Positions 1 to 9,452 of a stretch of DNA of 48,259 nucleotides are shown piece after piece (within the stretch, counting starts at the first letter, position 1; every line of letters starts with the position of its first letter). The translations under genes and the position numbers were made by a program. Origin of the DNA: Desulfurococcales archaeon (lineage in GTDB: Archaea; Thermoproteota; Thermoprotei_A; Sulfolobales; WANQ01); assembly GCA_027030065.1 (NCBI GenBank), contig JALVFK010000269.1, positions 1 through 48,259 on the forward strand. Reading direction: 5' to 3'. The notes beneath the pieces are model-generated. The model had not been told where the DNA came from and ran no database searches. It was given only the letters and a program-made list of their open reading frames with translations.

Positions 1-256
1 TAGCAACATCTAAGTGGGCTCTCATCTCTATTATAGTGAAATAGTATAGAGCATAAATGATCAACCATAGAAGCCTAATAGGGTTTAAAGACTTAGAAGT
101 ATTCTCTACTAGTAGATGGGAGAATAGTGCGGCTGTTAGGGCTGCAACAGCTACTCCCGTAACGATATCATAGGGTGTTATGGAGCCAGTAAACACTATG
201 TATATAATGAATGTCGCTAGGCCTACTGGTATTAATCGTAATAGTTGACTGGACAC
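1..256 (-). CDS. mnhE: Na+/H+ antiporter subunit E (MnhE/MbhA-like), 3' end truncated by window edge
   Basis: Not in ORF track. Manual translation from GTG at 256 gives MSSQLLRLIPVGLATFIIYIVFTGSITPYDIVTG...NPIRLLWLIIYALYYFTIIEMRAHLDVA, which is hydrophobic and has an MnhE-like 'E..A.LDVA' motif. It directly follows mnhC. Confidence 0.8.
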   Translation of the reverse strand, partial: MSSQLLRLIPVGLATFIIYIVFTGSITPYDIVTGVAVAALTAALFSHLLVENTSKSLNPIRLLWLIIYALYYFTIIEMRAHLDVA

Positions 257-262
257 GAGTCT

Positions 263-664
263 TCACCCTTTAAGTTTTGATAGATCACGTACATCAAGTG
301 AGCCGTAGAGGCGATAGGCTTGTATTGCGAGAAAGGTTATCAGTAATGTTATAGCCATGTTTATTACTATAGCTGTAATTACTAGAGCTGGTGGAACAGG
401 ATCTATTGATTGTGAGACAAAGGTGTTTAAGACGTTCTTATCGGGATGACTAGTCCAGAGTACTGGGGGTTTTATCGGGTATATTGCTCTATAACCTATG
501 AATATCATGAATACGTTAGCTGTATCACCAAATATTGTTAGGGCTATGATTTTCTTCAACATGTTTGGCCTAAACACTATACCGTATATCGACACACCGA
601 AAGTAGCTATCATTACGAAGAACATGTAGGTCCAGAGGATCTTCTCAAGATATTCTTCAATCAC
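263..664 (-). CDS. mnhC: Na+/H+ antiporter subunit C (MnhC/MbhG-like)
   Basis: N.LKKIIAL and DPVPPALVITAIVI motifs, three TM helices. Confidence 0.9.
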   Translation of the reverse strand: MIEEYLEKILWTYMFFVMIATFGVSIYGIVFRPNMLKKIIALTIFGDTANVFMIFIGYRAIYPIKPPVLWTSHPDKNVLNTFVSQSIDPVPPALVITAIVINMAITLLITFLAIQAYRLYGSLDVRDLSKLKG

Positions 665-1551
665 TGCTCTCCTACCTCTCTAGAAAGTATTTTCTTGAAG
701 AATTCTTCAGGTAGGGTCAACAAGAGGAAGACTACAGTGAATCCAGCTCCAACTGCTAAGAGTTCAGCCATGTTGTAGAATGCAAGGCTTCCGAGGAGAA
801 CACCTAGTCCAAAGGATGGGAACCCTATGAACATTGCCCAACTCTTCGGCTGATTCTCCATTATATAGGGATTACCGCCTACTAAACCCATTATTAATGG
901 AGCGAGCGCTAGGAGACCTATTATTAGGAGGCCAAGGGTTCTAATAGTGAGCATTGTATTCTTCTTTAATCCTACATCTTCTACGAAGTATCTTGAAAGA
1001 GCAGCTATAGCTAACAAGGGTGCTACTGCTAGTGTTGCTCCTCCCTGGAATCCTCCTCCTGGAGTAAGCTGGCCGTGGAAGGCTATTGATGCTGAAACAG
1101 CTATTATTACTACGAAGTTTATTCGTGTTATGAGTTTAACTATGAGTGATAGACCTTGGTCGCTTGTTTTAGTATTTATTGAACTATTATTCGTGTTTTT
1201 CTTGTTCTTTTCCTCTAGTGAAGCTGAATAGTACCTGAATACTGATACACTACCAATTATCGCGAAGAAGAAGACTGATGTCTCGAATAGAGTATCTAGT
1301 CCACGGTAGTCCCATAGTATTGCTGTTACTCCCTCAGTGCTCGCCGCCCAAAAGTCTGATGGCTTTGTTATTGAGGGATATATCTCTTGTATCATAATGT
1401 TATTATTAGCCATAAAGTACAGGTAAAAGGATCCGAGAGGGCGAATAGTTTTCAATGGAACTGCTCCTAGGGCTCCGAAGGAGAGGATTACTGCTAGGAG
1501 TGCTAATGAGATTATTATTAGTGCTAGCAAGATCTTTTCACGTGTCCCCAT
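661..1551 (-). CDS. mnhB: Na+/H+ antiporter subunit B (MnhB domain, MbhE/F-like)
   Basis: VTAILWDYRGLDTLFET and HGQLTPGGGFQGG motifs. Confidence 0.9.
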   Translation of the reverse strand: MGTREKILLALIIISLALLAVILSFGALGAVPLKTIRPLGSFYLYFMANNNIMIQEIYPSITKPSDFWAASTEGVTAILWDYRGLDTLFETSVFFFAIIGSVSVFRYYSASLEEKNKKNTNNSSINTKTSDQGLSLIVKLITRINFVVIIAVSASIAFHGQLTPGGGFQGGATLAVAPLLAIAALSRYFVEDVGLKKNTMLTIRTLGLLIIGLLALAPLIMGLVGGNPYIMENQPKSWAMFIGFPSFGLGVLLGSLAFYNMAELLAVGAGFTVVFLLLTLPEEFFKKILSREVGEQ

Positions 1552-1554
1552 AGG

Positions 1555-1812
1555 CTACACCTTCTCGTATCTCTCGGTCTTTTTTATCGCGATAATCATT
1601 ACTGCAGAATATATTCCAACACCTATAGCGGCATAGGCTAATACTATGTCAGGAGACATTAACAAATAATACACTATAACGTAGGCTGCCGCTTGACCAG
1701 CAGAGAATACTACTGCTTTCAACAAGTCTCTTTCCATGATTGCGAGGAAGGCGAATACGAAGCCTATAGACATCATTAGAACAAGCATTACGAGATGTAA
1801 TAGGTAGAACAC
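1555..1812 (-). CDS. DUF4040/MbhD-like small antiporter or hydrogenase membrane subunit
   Basis: RDLLKAV...SPDIVLA...G.G motif, three TM helices, inside the mnh operon. Confidence 0.8.
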   Translation of the reverse strand: MFYLLHLVMLVLMMSIGFVFAFLAIMERDLLKAVVFSAGQAAAYVIVYYLLMSPDIVLAYAAIGVGIYSAVMIIAIKKTERYEKV

Positions 1813-1819
1813 TTTACCC

Positions 1820-2194
1820 TCACCCCTTATCCTCTTCTAGATGATCTACTACTTTTGGTTCAACTGGAACAACCTTCGCTCTATGCGTTGCTCTCGCGAG
1901 AGCATGTGATCCAGTTGGAGCGGCAAGTACTATGAATAATGCAGTTACTATGGCGCCGCCCATAAGATACCATCTGTACTGGCCAAAGCTTTCAAGACTG
2001 GGTGCCATTAATGCTACTCCTATTAATGGATAGACTGCTCCACCTATGGCTCCTATCGTAGCAGCGTGAAGTCTAACGAAGAAGTTGGGAAATCTTAAGA
2101 GTCCTAGAGCGCCTATTAGATCGAATACTGCTCCAAGGCCTACGAGGCCCATACCTATGAAGAATATAATCGTTTTCACGAGTTCAATCAACAT
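1820..2194 (-). CDS. mnhG: Na+/H+ antiporter subunit G (MnhG/MbhC-like)
   Basis: GLLRFPNFFVRLHAAT and P.GSHALARA motifs. Confidence 0.92.
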   Translation of the reverse strand: MLIELVKTIIFFIGMGLVGLGAVFDLIGALGLLRFPNFFVRLHAATIGAIGGAVYPLIGVALMAPSLESFGQYRWYLMGGAIVTALFIVLAAPTGSHALARATHRAKVVPVEPKVVDHLEEDKG

Positions 2195-2478
2195 TATTCA
2201 CCTAGTTCTTTCTTTTCATAATATTTTGCAACAAATATGTCGAGAGCATAAGCCCATATGGCGAGAATAATAGCGCCTGGAATGAGAAAGGGTGATTTAA
2301 AGTATATTGCAAGAATTATCATAAACGCAGCTACATCGTATGATAATGCATCTATTGCCAGTACCGAATCAGGTATAGATGGGCCTTTAACAGCGCGGAT
2401 AACGTATATTATAAAGGCCGCCAAGAATACTGGGATTATTATTAGAACATAGGTTGTAGCAAGAGACTCTAGATTCAT
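2194..2478 (-). CDS. mnhF: Na+/H+ antiporter subunit F (MnhF/MbhB-like)
   Basis: IRAVKGPSIPDSVLAID motif, first gene of the operon. Confidence 0.9.
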   Translation of the reverse strand: MNLESLATTYVLIIIPVFLAAFIIYVIRAVKGPSIPDSVLAIDALSYDVAAFMIILAIYFKSPFLIPGAIILAIWAYALDIFVAKYYEKKELGE

Positions 2479-2672
2479 CGCTATAAGCCCTCTTGGCCAG
2501 GTATAGGCCTCTGTTGAAAATTATTTAAAGTTTGTGTTTTATTCAAATATTAATTACCTATATATCCGAATTATCAAATTAGCAGATTAAATAGTTAGAT
2601 AAGCAAGATATAGTACAGCATAATAGCCTTAATATAAGAGTAGTACATAGCCCCTATACGAGGCGTAAGGAT

Positions 2673-3716
2673 ATGAGTAGTGGTGAACTAAGACCATACT
2701 TGATAGAGAAGTATGATGGAGACGTTATAATATCAACTGTATTGACCCAGGTCTCTGTGGGTGGTTTTAGGAATCCCCGCTATCAGAGGATAATGTTAGA
2801 CACACCTCTATCACGAGTAGAGAAAATAGATAAAGCACTTTTAGAGATTGCTGTAACAACACCCTTTAACCCATTGAATAGTAAGTGGAAGCTAGTTTTC
2901 GACGGGTTCACACTCACTAGAGAGTTCAAACCCCAACTATCTGTCGAGGAGGATGGAGCATATCATTCAAAACTCTTATTTGATATAACACCAGTAATAA
3001 AACCATATAATAGACACGCTGTGGGAGTTCAATTTGATGGCGCACAACCATTAACTATAGATCACGTAAACTTACTTGTATTCTATCCAACAAGTGAGGT
3101 AAAGACTAGTGTTGCATATTTCTCGGGAATGCTATTATTGAAACCTGGGGAAACAGTAGAAATTCCGATAAACATTAAGCCTATTGAGGGGGAGGATTTC
3201 TTAAAGATAATAGGAGTAATACCTTCAAAACAAGCAAAAATAGAGTTCTACTTAAACGGCAAAATGCTCAACAAGTTTGAGGGAGTTATCGGCGTTGAAG
3301 AAATAAGCTATAATGATAACATAGGGGTTTCTAGTGAGAACAAGTTAAAGATAGTGCACTTACCAGCCGAAACAAAGTATTATCCAAACATGTTTAGACT
3401 TTCAACAATTATTATTGGTAAAGCGAAATATTCCATGCCGGATATGGATATAGGGAATGTACGGATCCTCGAAGATTCAATAGAAGTGGAAATACGTAAC
3501 AATAATAATATCAAACCGGATCGAGTAGTCTTACTTGCCATCAGTTTAGGCAATATAATATTCCGTGAAAAGATAGAAGATTTCCCAGAAAACGGTGTAC
3601 AAGTCGTAAGAATACCGTTAAATAAAAACAAGGCTAAGACCTCACCCATAACTTTGAGGATAGTATGGAATAAGCTTAGTCGCTCAAGATTTAAGGAGAA
3701 GCGCATAGAACTATAA
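2673..3716 (+). CDS. Hypothetical beta-rich protein with possible C-terminal Ig/CARDB-like domain
   Basis: 347-aa ORF with alternating hydrophobic beta-strand pattern and no signal peptide. The C-terminus PDMDIGNVRI..IEVEIRN resembles CARDB. Confidence 0.6.
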   Translation: MSSGELRPYLIEKYDGDVIISTVLTQVSVGGFRNPRYQRIMLDTPLSRVEKIDKALLEIAVTTPFNPLNSKWKLVFDGFTLTREFKPQLSVEEDGAYHSKLLFDITPVIKPYNRHAVGVQFDGAQPLTIDHVNLLVFYPTSEVKTSVAYFSGMLLLKPGETVEIPINIKPIEGEDFLKIIGVIPSKQAKIEFYLNGKMLNKFEGVIGVEEISYNDNIGVSSENKLKIVHLPAETKYYPNMFRLSTIIIGKAKYSMPDMDIGNVRILEDSIEVEIRNNNNIKPDRVVLLAISLGNIIFREKIEDFPENGVQVVRIPLNKNKAKTSPITLRIVWNKLSRSRFKEKRIEL

Positions 3717-3783
3717 AGAATGTAAACCTAGAATACTTTCACCCTACTACATTATATACTCTCCCTATTCTATTAGGGGTAAA

Positions 3784-4059
3784 ATGGGAACAATTCTTGC
3801 AGTAGAACATGGAAAACTTTATAGAGCTATAAACACGTTGAACACAAAGCTACTATACATAAGAAAGCAAGGTAAATATTATATCGGCGTCTTCCAAGGA
3901 AACAATGGTATACACATAACACATGTATCGTTGACAGGAGATAAATATTATTGTACATGTAACTACTATTTAATTACGGGAAAACCGTGTAAGCACATAG
4001 TATCTATGCTATTAGAGCTTAGGAAGCGGGGTCTACTACACGGTATTAAAATAAAATGA
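3784..4059 (+). CDS. Stand-alone SWIM zinc-finger protein
   Basis: YYCTC-x9-CKH (CxC...CxH) SWIM signature. Confidence 0.8.
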   Translation: MGTILAVEHGKLYRAINTLNTKLLYIRKQGKYYIGVFQGNNGIHITHVSLTGDKYYCTCNYYLITGKPCKHIVSMLLELRKRGLLHGIKIK

Positions 4060-4088
4060 CCTTACATGTCGTAGATAAAAATAGATGT

Positions 4089-4150
4089 GCTCAGCCGAAA
4101 CCTCCTCCAACATCCTCGGGGTTTCTGAGAGAGTCGTGTTCATCATAGCC
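4089..4150 (-). ncRNA. Candidate C/D box guide sRNA
   Basis: Minus strand reads C box AUGAUGA (4146-4140), 12-nt guide, D'-like CAGA, a weak C', then D box CUGA (4094-4091). The box span is 56 nt and intergenic. Confidence 0.55.
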
Positions 4151-4189
4151 TAGATCACTCTATACACGGAACACGTTATAAGGTATTAC

Positions 4190-5533
4190 GTGCTCTGTAC
4201 ATTCAAGGAGGAGCGGGGAGAACAGTATTTGACAGATTGGTTCTTCGATATTATTGCCAGCGAGCTTCCTGTAGTCGAAGAACTTATAAGAAAATATAAT
4301 AGCATGACGAGTATACCTTCATGGATTAGAGATAGAATTAGCGATTGGTGGATTAATAGAGAAATAGATGCAAGCCTAGATAAAGTAGACTTAGCTGCAG
4401 TGGATGGCGGAGGAGGATATGCCGATCTCTTAGGCGGCGGTGGCTTGTACATTGCAAGAGCTGTAGCTGTTTATTCAAGTAGATCTAATCCTAGTAGAGA
4501 ATTATTAATAGATATTTTAAAGTATAGAGCGAGAGGATATTTAGACGTACTACGTATGCTAACAGAGCTAAAAGTAGCTCAAAAAGCAGTACAATATCTA
4601 TTACCTAACTCTATATTATTAATGGATGGAAGCCTCTATGTACAGATAAATTACCTAATTACAAAATTATTCAAAATAATTTCTAAACCAGATAGAGTAG
4701 GATTAGGCGAATTCTACCTACTTGACAGGTTACTAGAAACAATAGTAGAACTAATAAACTTACTGAAACGCGTTGAGAAGAAGAATATTCTGATAGCCTT
4801 TGTTAGTAAGGATTCTACCTTGAAGGTACTCAAAGAATACCTAGCATACATTTACTTTAAGGAAAAATATCCTCGACTTGCCGACCTTATGGAAAAATAC
4901 CCGGTAGGAAATAGGAGAGTTTTCTTAAGAATATATAAGGAGTCAAATGAACCAGAACTTAAATCTATGCTTAACCTCATATTAGATACTAGCTACAAAG
5001 ATGTACAATTAATTATGGATTTAGTTGGATCCGAGAAGGGATACACGAAACCCTTACTTCTCGGAGCACTAGCTGAACCAGTAAAGAGGCTTAAGGATAA
5101 GATCTATATCAAACAATTGTTTTCCGAAACAATGAACTTGTACCCCTTCCGAGAAAAACAAGAAGAGTTCAATGATCTAGTAGAGACTGTTATGAATAGA
5201 ATTGAGGACTTGAAAACCCCTATACTATCATACGTAAAGGTTTCGGAAAACGAACCACCACTAATGGTTGAAGTAGTTTCCCAGAAAAACATTATAGAGA
5301 CCATAGGGTCTCGGAGATTCATAGAGGAGACTCCCTATTTTAATAAAATAATAGAATTGTTATATAGAGATTACAAGGGAAGACGCTTCTACAACCTATG
5401 GCTAATGTATGCACACAACTACGCCAAGCTTTCACGCAAACAGTTCTTATATTATATAAGGTATATAGAGGCTCAGCTTAGTAGAAAGCACTTAAAGATA
5501 CCCTTTACAAGAAGATATAGCATGGAGGCTTAG
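4190..5533 (+). CDS. nurA: NurA-family nuclease
   Basis: AAVDGG, LMDGS, VSKDS and C-terminal L.YAH motifs, immediately upstream of a HerA-like ATPase. True start may be the TTG near 4229. Confidence 0.8.
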   Translation: MLCTFKEERGEQYLTDWFFDIIASELPVVEELIRKYNSMTSIPSWIRDRISDWWINREIDASLDKVDLAAVDGGGGYADLLGGGGLYIARAVAVYSSRSNPSRELLIDILKYRARGYLDVLRMLTELKVAQKAVQYLLPNSILLMDGSLYVQINYLITKLFKIISKPDRVGLGEFYLLDRLLETIVELINLLKRVEKKNILIAFVSKDSTLKVLKEYLAYIYFKEKYPRLADLMEKYPVGNRRVFLRIYKESNEPELKSMLNLILDTSYKDVQLIMDLVGSEKGYTKPLLLGALAEPVKRLKDKIYIKQLFSETMNLYPFREKQEEFNDLVETVMNRIEDLKTPILSYVKVSENEPPLMVEVVSQKNIIETIGSRRFIEETPYFNKIIELLYRDYKGRRFYNLWLMYAHNYAKLSRKQFLYYIRYIEAQLSRKHLKIPFTRRYSMEA

Positions 5534-5536
5534 CCA

Positions 5537-7675
5537 TTGACACTGCCAGAAAACAACGACTATAGTAGCCCGGAGGTAATAGGGAGAATAACTGGAGAAT
5601 CCACGCCATCCTATTTCGTAATGTCTATAAATCCCCTGAACCCACCACCACTCTACGAGTACGTGTTTATAGAATTAGATGAAATACCGCCAGGTGAGAG
5701 AGAACCCGCAAAGGTTAAGGTGATAGCACAGATAAGAGCTATAAAGAGAAAGGATATAGGATTAAACCCCAATCTTCCCTGGAGTGTTGTTGAGGGGGTA
5801 ACGGATACACAAACTCAAGATCAAGTAATAGCTATTGCAAGGATACTAGGCTATAAATGGAAGGATAAGATATACACGCTTAGACACGCACCTCCTGCTA
5901 ACACGTGGGTCTACAAGGCCCCCGATAAACTTCTCCAGGAATTCTATAGCGTACCAGTAGAACAAGGACTACACCTTGGTTTTCTTATAACACGCCCCAC
6001 TGTCCCGATATACTTAAACATGAAAGGAGTCAATAGACACATAGCAATAATAGCGGCAACAGGATCGGGTAAGACGTGGACTAGCATAGTGTTAATAGAA
6101 GAATTGCTGAAAAAAGGAGCAACTATACTAGTACTCGATCCCCATGGAGAATATGTTAAGATAAAGGAGACAATCCACTTACTTGGTGAGGAATACCGGG
6201 ACTCAGCAATAGTGTTGAAAGGACATAAGGATCAAGAAGGCGATATACTATACCGTATAAGTATAAGGAATTTGAACCTAGAGGAACTAGCAGCAATTGC
6301 AGGCATACCAGCTAATGCTCATAGACAGAAAGCGGTACTCTACGGATCAAAAACACTTGCAGACGTACTCTACGAGGCATTTAATGACCCCAAGCTTATT
6401 ACGCCAAAAGCGTTAGAAGACTTTATAGAAACAGCTATCATGTCTTTGGAAACTCTCCCAACGCGTGGTAAGTCTCTTAATAACTTTAAGGCCAACTTCT
6501 CCAAACTATTAAAGGAGAAAATGAATATAGATCTCAGTAACCTCGAAAAAGATGTCGGATACAAGAATAGAATAGATCTCAGCTTGAGAAGACTCTGGCT
6601 TGGATTAAAACGCGACATTGATACGGGATACGATGTTATAAGGTATATTGAGAACCTCATGAGGATTGGAGTATATGGTTCAGAAACAATCCCATTAAGA
6701 GAGATATTAAAGCCCGGGCACGTCACAATATTCAATCTAAGCGGGCTACGAAAAGAAGTACAAGACCACCTTGTAAACAATATCTTAACGAGAGTATTCA
6801 ATGCAAGAGTAAGACATAAGCGCGGTTTTAGAGGAGAGAAATACCCCTACCCCATAGTAATAATACTTGAGGAAGCCCATAGGTTTGCCCCACCAAAGAG
6901 CTATGAAGATACTTGGAGTAGAGAAATAATATCTAAGATAGCTGCTGAGGGAAGAAAGTTCGGCGTATTTCTTGTAGCAATAACACAGCGTCCAAGTAAA
7001 ATAGACTCCGACTTACTAAGTCAGTGTCAATCACAGATAATCTCAAGAATAGTTAACCCGAGAGACCAGGACGCAGTAAGAGATGCTAGTGAACAGTTAA
7101 GTCAAGATCTTCTAGATAACTTACCAGCACTTAATCCAGGAGAGGTTGTTGTAGTAGGCCCGCTTGCACCAGCACCCGTTATGATTAGGGTTAGGGATAG
7201 GGTATTAGACTATGCTGGAGCAGACATAAATGTTGTAGAAGAATGGAGTAATGCTATTAGATCAAAGATAAATAAAATAAGACTACTAGCCGATCTAAGG
7301 AGAGCTGTCGGCAAGGTTTTCGAAGTAAACATCGACTCTAATGAAAAATTACTGGAAGGACTTGCCAATATTCTATCACCTAATATAACATTACACGAAA
7401 ACATACTTGAATCAGCACTAAACATTCTATTAGAAGACAAGATCACAGACCTCCGATACGATGGAGAACTAGGTACAATAGCAGGCCAAGTTGACGGATG
7501 CGATGTTGAAATACGTTTAAGTGAAGGTTCATGGCGCTGTGAATGTGAAAGAAGAGTAAATCATCCATGCAAGCACGTAATAGCCCTTCTCCTCGGAGCT
7601 ATACATCAACGAAAAGTAGAACCAGAAGAACTTAGAAAAGCTATAAGCCTTAGACCTCTCAATACCTTGCTTTAA
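5537..7675 (+). CDS. herA: HerA-family ATPase (HAS barrel + ATPase) with C-terminal SWIM zinc finger
   Basis: Walker A AATGSGKT, LDPHGEY, Walker B IILEEAH, EGRKFG, TQRPS, and C-terminal WRCEC-x7-CKH. Confidence 0.88.
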   Translation: MTLPENNDYSSPEVIGRITGESTPSYFVMSINPLNPPPLYEYVFIELDEIPPGEREPAKVKVIAQIRAIKRKDIGLNPNLPWSVVEGVTDTQTQDQVIAIARILGYKWKDKIYTLRHAPPANTWVYKAPDKLLQEFYSVPVEQGLHLGFLITRPTVPIYLNMKGVNRHIAIIAATGSGKTWTSIVLIEELLKKGATILVLDPHGEYVKIKETIHLLGEEYRDSAIVLKGHKDQEGDILYRISIRNLNLEELAAIAGIPANAHRQKAVLYGSKTLADVLYEAFNDPKLITPKALEDFIETAIMSLETLPTRGKSLNNFKANFSKLLKEKMNIDLSNLEKDVGYKNRIDLSLRRLWLGLKRDIDTGYDVIRYIENLMRIGVYGSETIPLREILKPGHVTIFNLSGLRKEVQDHLVNNILTRVFNARVRHKRGFRGEKYPYPIVIILEEAHRFAPPKSYEDTWSREIISKIAAEGRKFGVFLVAITQRPSKIDSDLLSQCQSQIISRIVNPRDQDAVRDASEQLSQDLLDNLPALNPGEVVVVGPLAPAPVMIRVRDRVLDYAGADINVVEEWSNAIRSKINKIRLLADLRRAVGKVFEVNIDSNEKLLEGLANILSPNITLHENILESALNILLEDKITDLRYDGELGTIAGQVDGCDVEIRLSEGSWRCECERRVNHPCKHVIALLLGAIHQRKVEPEELRKAISLRPLNTLL

Positions 7676-7940
7676 AACCTCGGCTCCATAAGAGTTCTCT
7701 CAACTCCTTAGATAAGTTATAGCATCCCTCACCTTTCTCAATTAAACCCTTGTTTATGAGTCTAAATATTACTTCAAGTGGTTTCTCAACCTTATAGCGG
7801 TATTGTAACTCTCTTACAGCTATTATTTCACCAACAGAAATGTTTCGTAGAAAATAATCAAAGACTTTCAACTCGTCTTCTGATAAACTCTTTCTTATCT
7901 GCTCAATTTCTTCTGGATACCTCTTACTCATAGCCGTCAC
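7659..7940 (-). CDS. PolB1-binding protein PBP2-family winged-helix protein
   Basis: YFLRNISVGEI.AV.EL...GLIE.GEGCYNL resembles crenarchaeal PBP2. Confidence 0.7.
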   Translation of the reverse strand: MTAMSKRYPEEIEQIRKSLSEDELKVFDYFLRNISVGEIIAVRELQYRYKVEKPLEVIFRLINKGLIEKGEGCYNLSKELRELLWSRGFKARY

Positions 7941-8041
7941 CGTTCCTCTAAAATATCCCCATCTTTACTTTTTACTCTTAAAGCTTCTTAATAGGCTTCT
8001 GAGTACTCTAGGATAATTATTGAGATACATTTATAGGAGAA

Positions 8042-8239
8042 TCAAGGTGTTCTAGGAGGATGCCAGGAAGATTTCTCTTGACTCATAGTGTATGTTCTAT
8101 AATTATTTATCAGCATACTCAATGCATATCGTAGAACCTCGCTTCTACTGGAAAAAAGTCCGGCTTCCACTAGTTTATCTGCTTCTTCTATTAATTCTCT
8201 TGGAGCCTTAAATGTTATTAGTAGTACTCGTGAAGCCAT
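8042..8239 (-). CDS. Ribbon-helix-helix (CopG/Arc/MetJ) regulator
   Basis: LITFKAP.EL...D.LV..G.FSSRSEVLR.AL pattern. Confidence 0.85.
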   Translation of the reverse strand: MASRVLLITFKAPRELIEEADKLVEAGLFSSRSEVLRYALSMLINNYRTYTMSQEKSSWHPPRTP

Positions 8240-8355
8240 AATGTATCACCATTGAGTAAATATAGATAGATATAGTTACTCATATCTGCTATAATAGGTA
8301 TCAAGTTATTGCTTTATTTAAAAACTCTATGGGCTATTGGAGAAGCGGAGAAACG

Positions 8356-9363
8356 CTAATAATACCATGTATTCAAATACGTGTGCTCATAGTATAATGG
8401 CTTTAACCCTCTACCAGCACTACATATATCATATAGAATACATCTACCATTCACGCACCATGGAGTTTTAGAACACTTCTCACTACACTTTCTACAAGAA
8501 GGCTTATCTCTTAAGCAACATGTTCTCCCAAACATCCATAGAAAGTCGTCTAACAATACTATATCAACACCTATTTTCTCTGCGAGAAGCTTGTATGCTT
8601 TCCTAACAGCTACTCTTAATACAACGTCTTCCCACCACTCAACTTCTCTCTTCTCCAAAATCTTCTTCTCCAATACTCCTTCTACTTCGACTATTCCAAG
8701 TCTCAATGCTATTCTTGTGAGATGATTGTCAACTGGTATCTCTATGTTCTCCCTATCAACTGGGTTAAAGAGTCCTCTCCTATTAATGAACTTGTAGAAT
8801 AGATATGACTTCTTTTCAACGGGGTCCTCGTATGCCCTAAATACTTTTAATCTATCTATTAGTCCGCCGTGGAGTGCTTTTAAATAGTTCTTGGATTCTT
8901 CTATGATTTTCATAACCATGCCGTCATATAGTTTTAAGAGCTTACGTCCTGCATCCCTTAGAAGCATTAAACGTACTTCTAGGTCTGGAGGCTCAACGGG
9001 CTTTGGTTTACTTACCGCTAACCAGTTCCTAACTGATTCGAGTGTTAGATTAGCCATATTTTCGGGTGTAAACCATTTGGGATCCTCGTAGTACTTCTTA
9101 GCCCCTAATCTGTATAGTAGGTCAGCTCCATGGAAGAATTCCCCGTCAACTATGCCCTCATAGTTGCGGTTAGGTCTACTGAGTCTATGGTCTATTGCAA
9201 CCATGAAGAAAAAGTATCTAAGAACGCTTTCTGGTTCATCGTTTTTACTTGGATAGTATTTGGGGTCTGTGAAGTCATCTAACGGTATGTTTAGTTTACC
9301 CTTAATACGCTTAGCTATTTCATCTATTCTATCATAGTTTATCTTAACGATGGTCTCGGTCAC
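8356..9363 (-). CDS. Queuosine-salvage/HhH glycosylase-like protein with Cys-rich (probable Fe-S) C-terminus
   Basis: DP..KK, IPVDNHLTRIALRLG and LDDFLWMFG motifs followed by CC-x6-CxxC...C...C...C. Confidence 0.6.
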   Translation of the reverse strand: MTETIVKINYDRIDEIAKRIKGKLNIPLDDFTDPKYYPSKNDEPESVLRYFFFMVAIDHRLSRPNRNYEGIVDGEFFHGADLLYRLGAKKYYEDPKWFTPENMANLTLESVRNWLAVSKPKPVEPPDLEVRLMLLRDAGRKLLKLYDGMVMKIIEESKNYLKALHGGLIDRLKVFRAYEDPVEKKSYLFYKFINRRGLFNPVDRENIEIPVDNHLTRIALRLGIVEVEGVLEKKILEKREVEWWEDVVLRVAVRKAYKLLAEKIGVDIVLLDDFLWMFGRTCCLRDKPSCRKCSEKCSKTPWCVNGRCILYDICSAGRGLKPLYYEHTYLNTWYY

Positions 9364-9452
9364 GTGCTATCTCCTCTAGAAAGCCGGGTTCTTTAAGCAA
9401 AAATTGTTTATCCCTAAAACTCGTTATTTTATAATGGTGATTTACCAGGGAA

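Noticed and set aside
8268-8287. AGATAT-N8-ATATCT palindrome upstream of the RHH gene as an operator
   Set aside because: The arms are 6 bp and AT-rich, so this is expected by chance.
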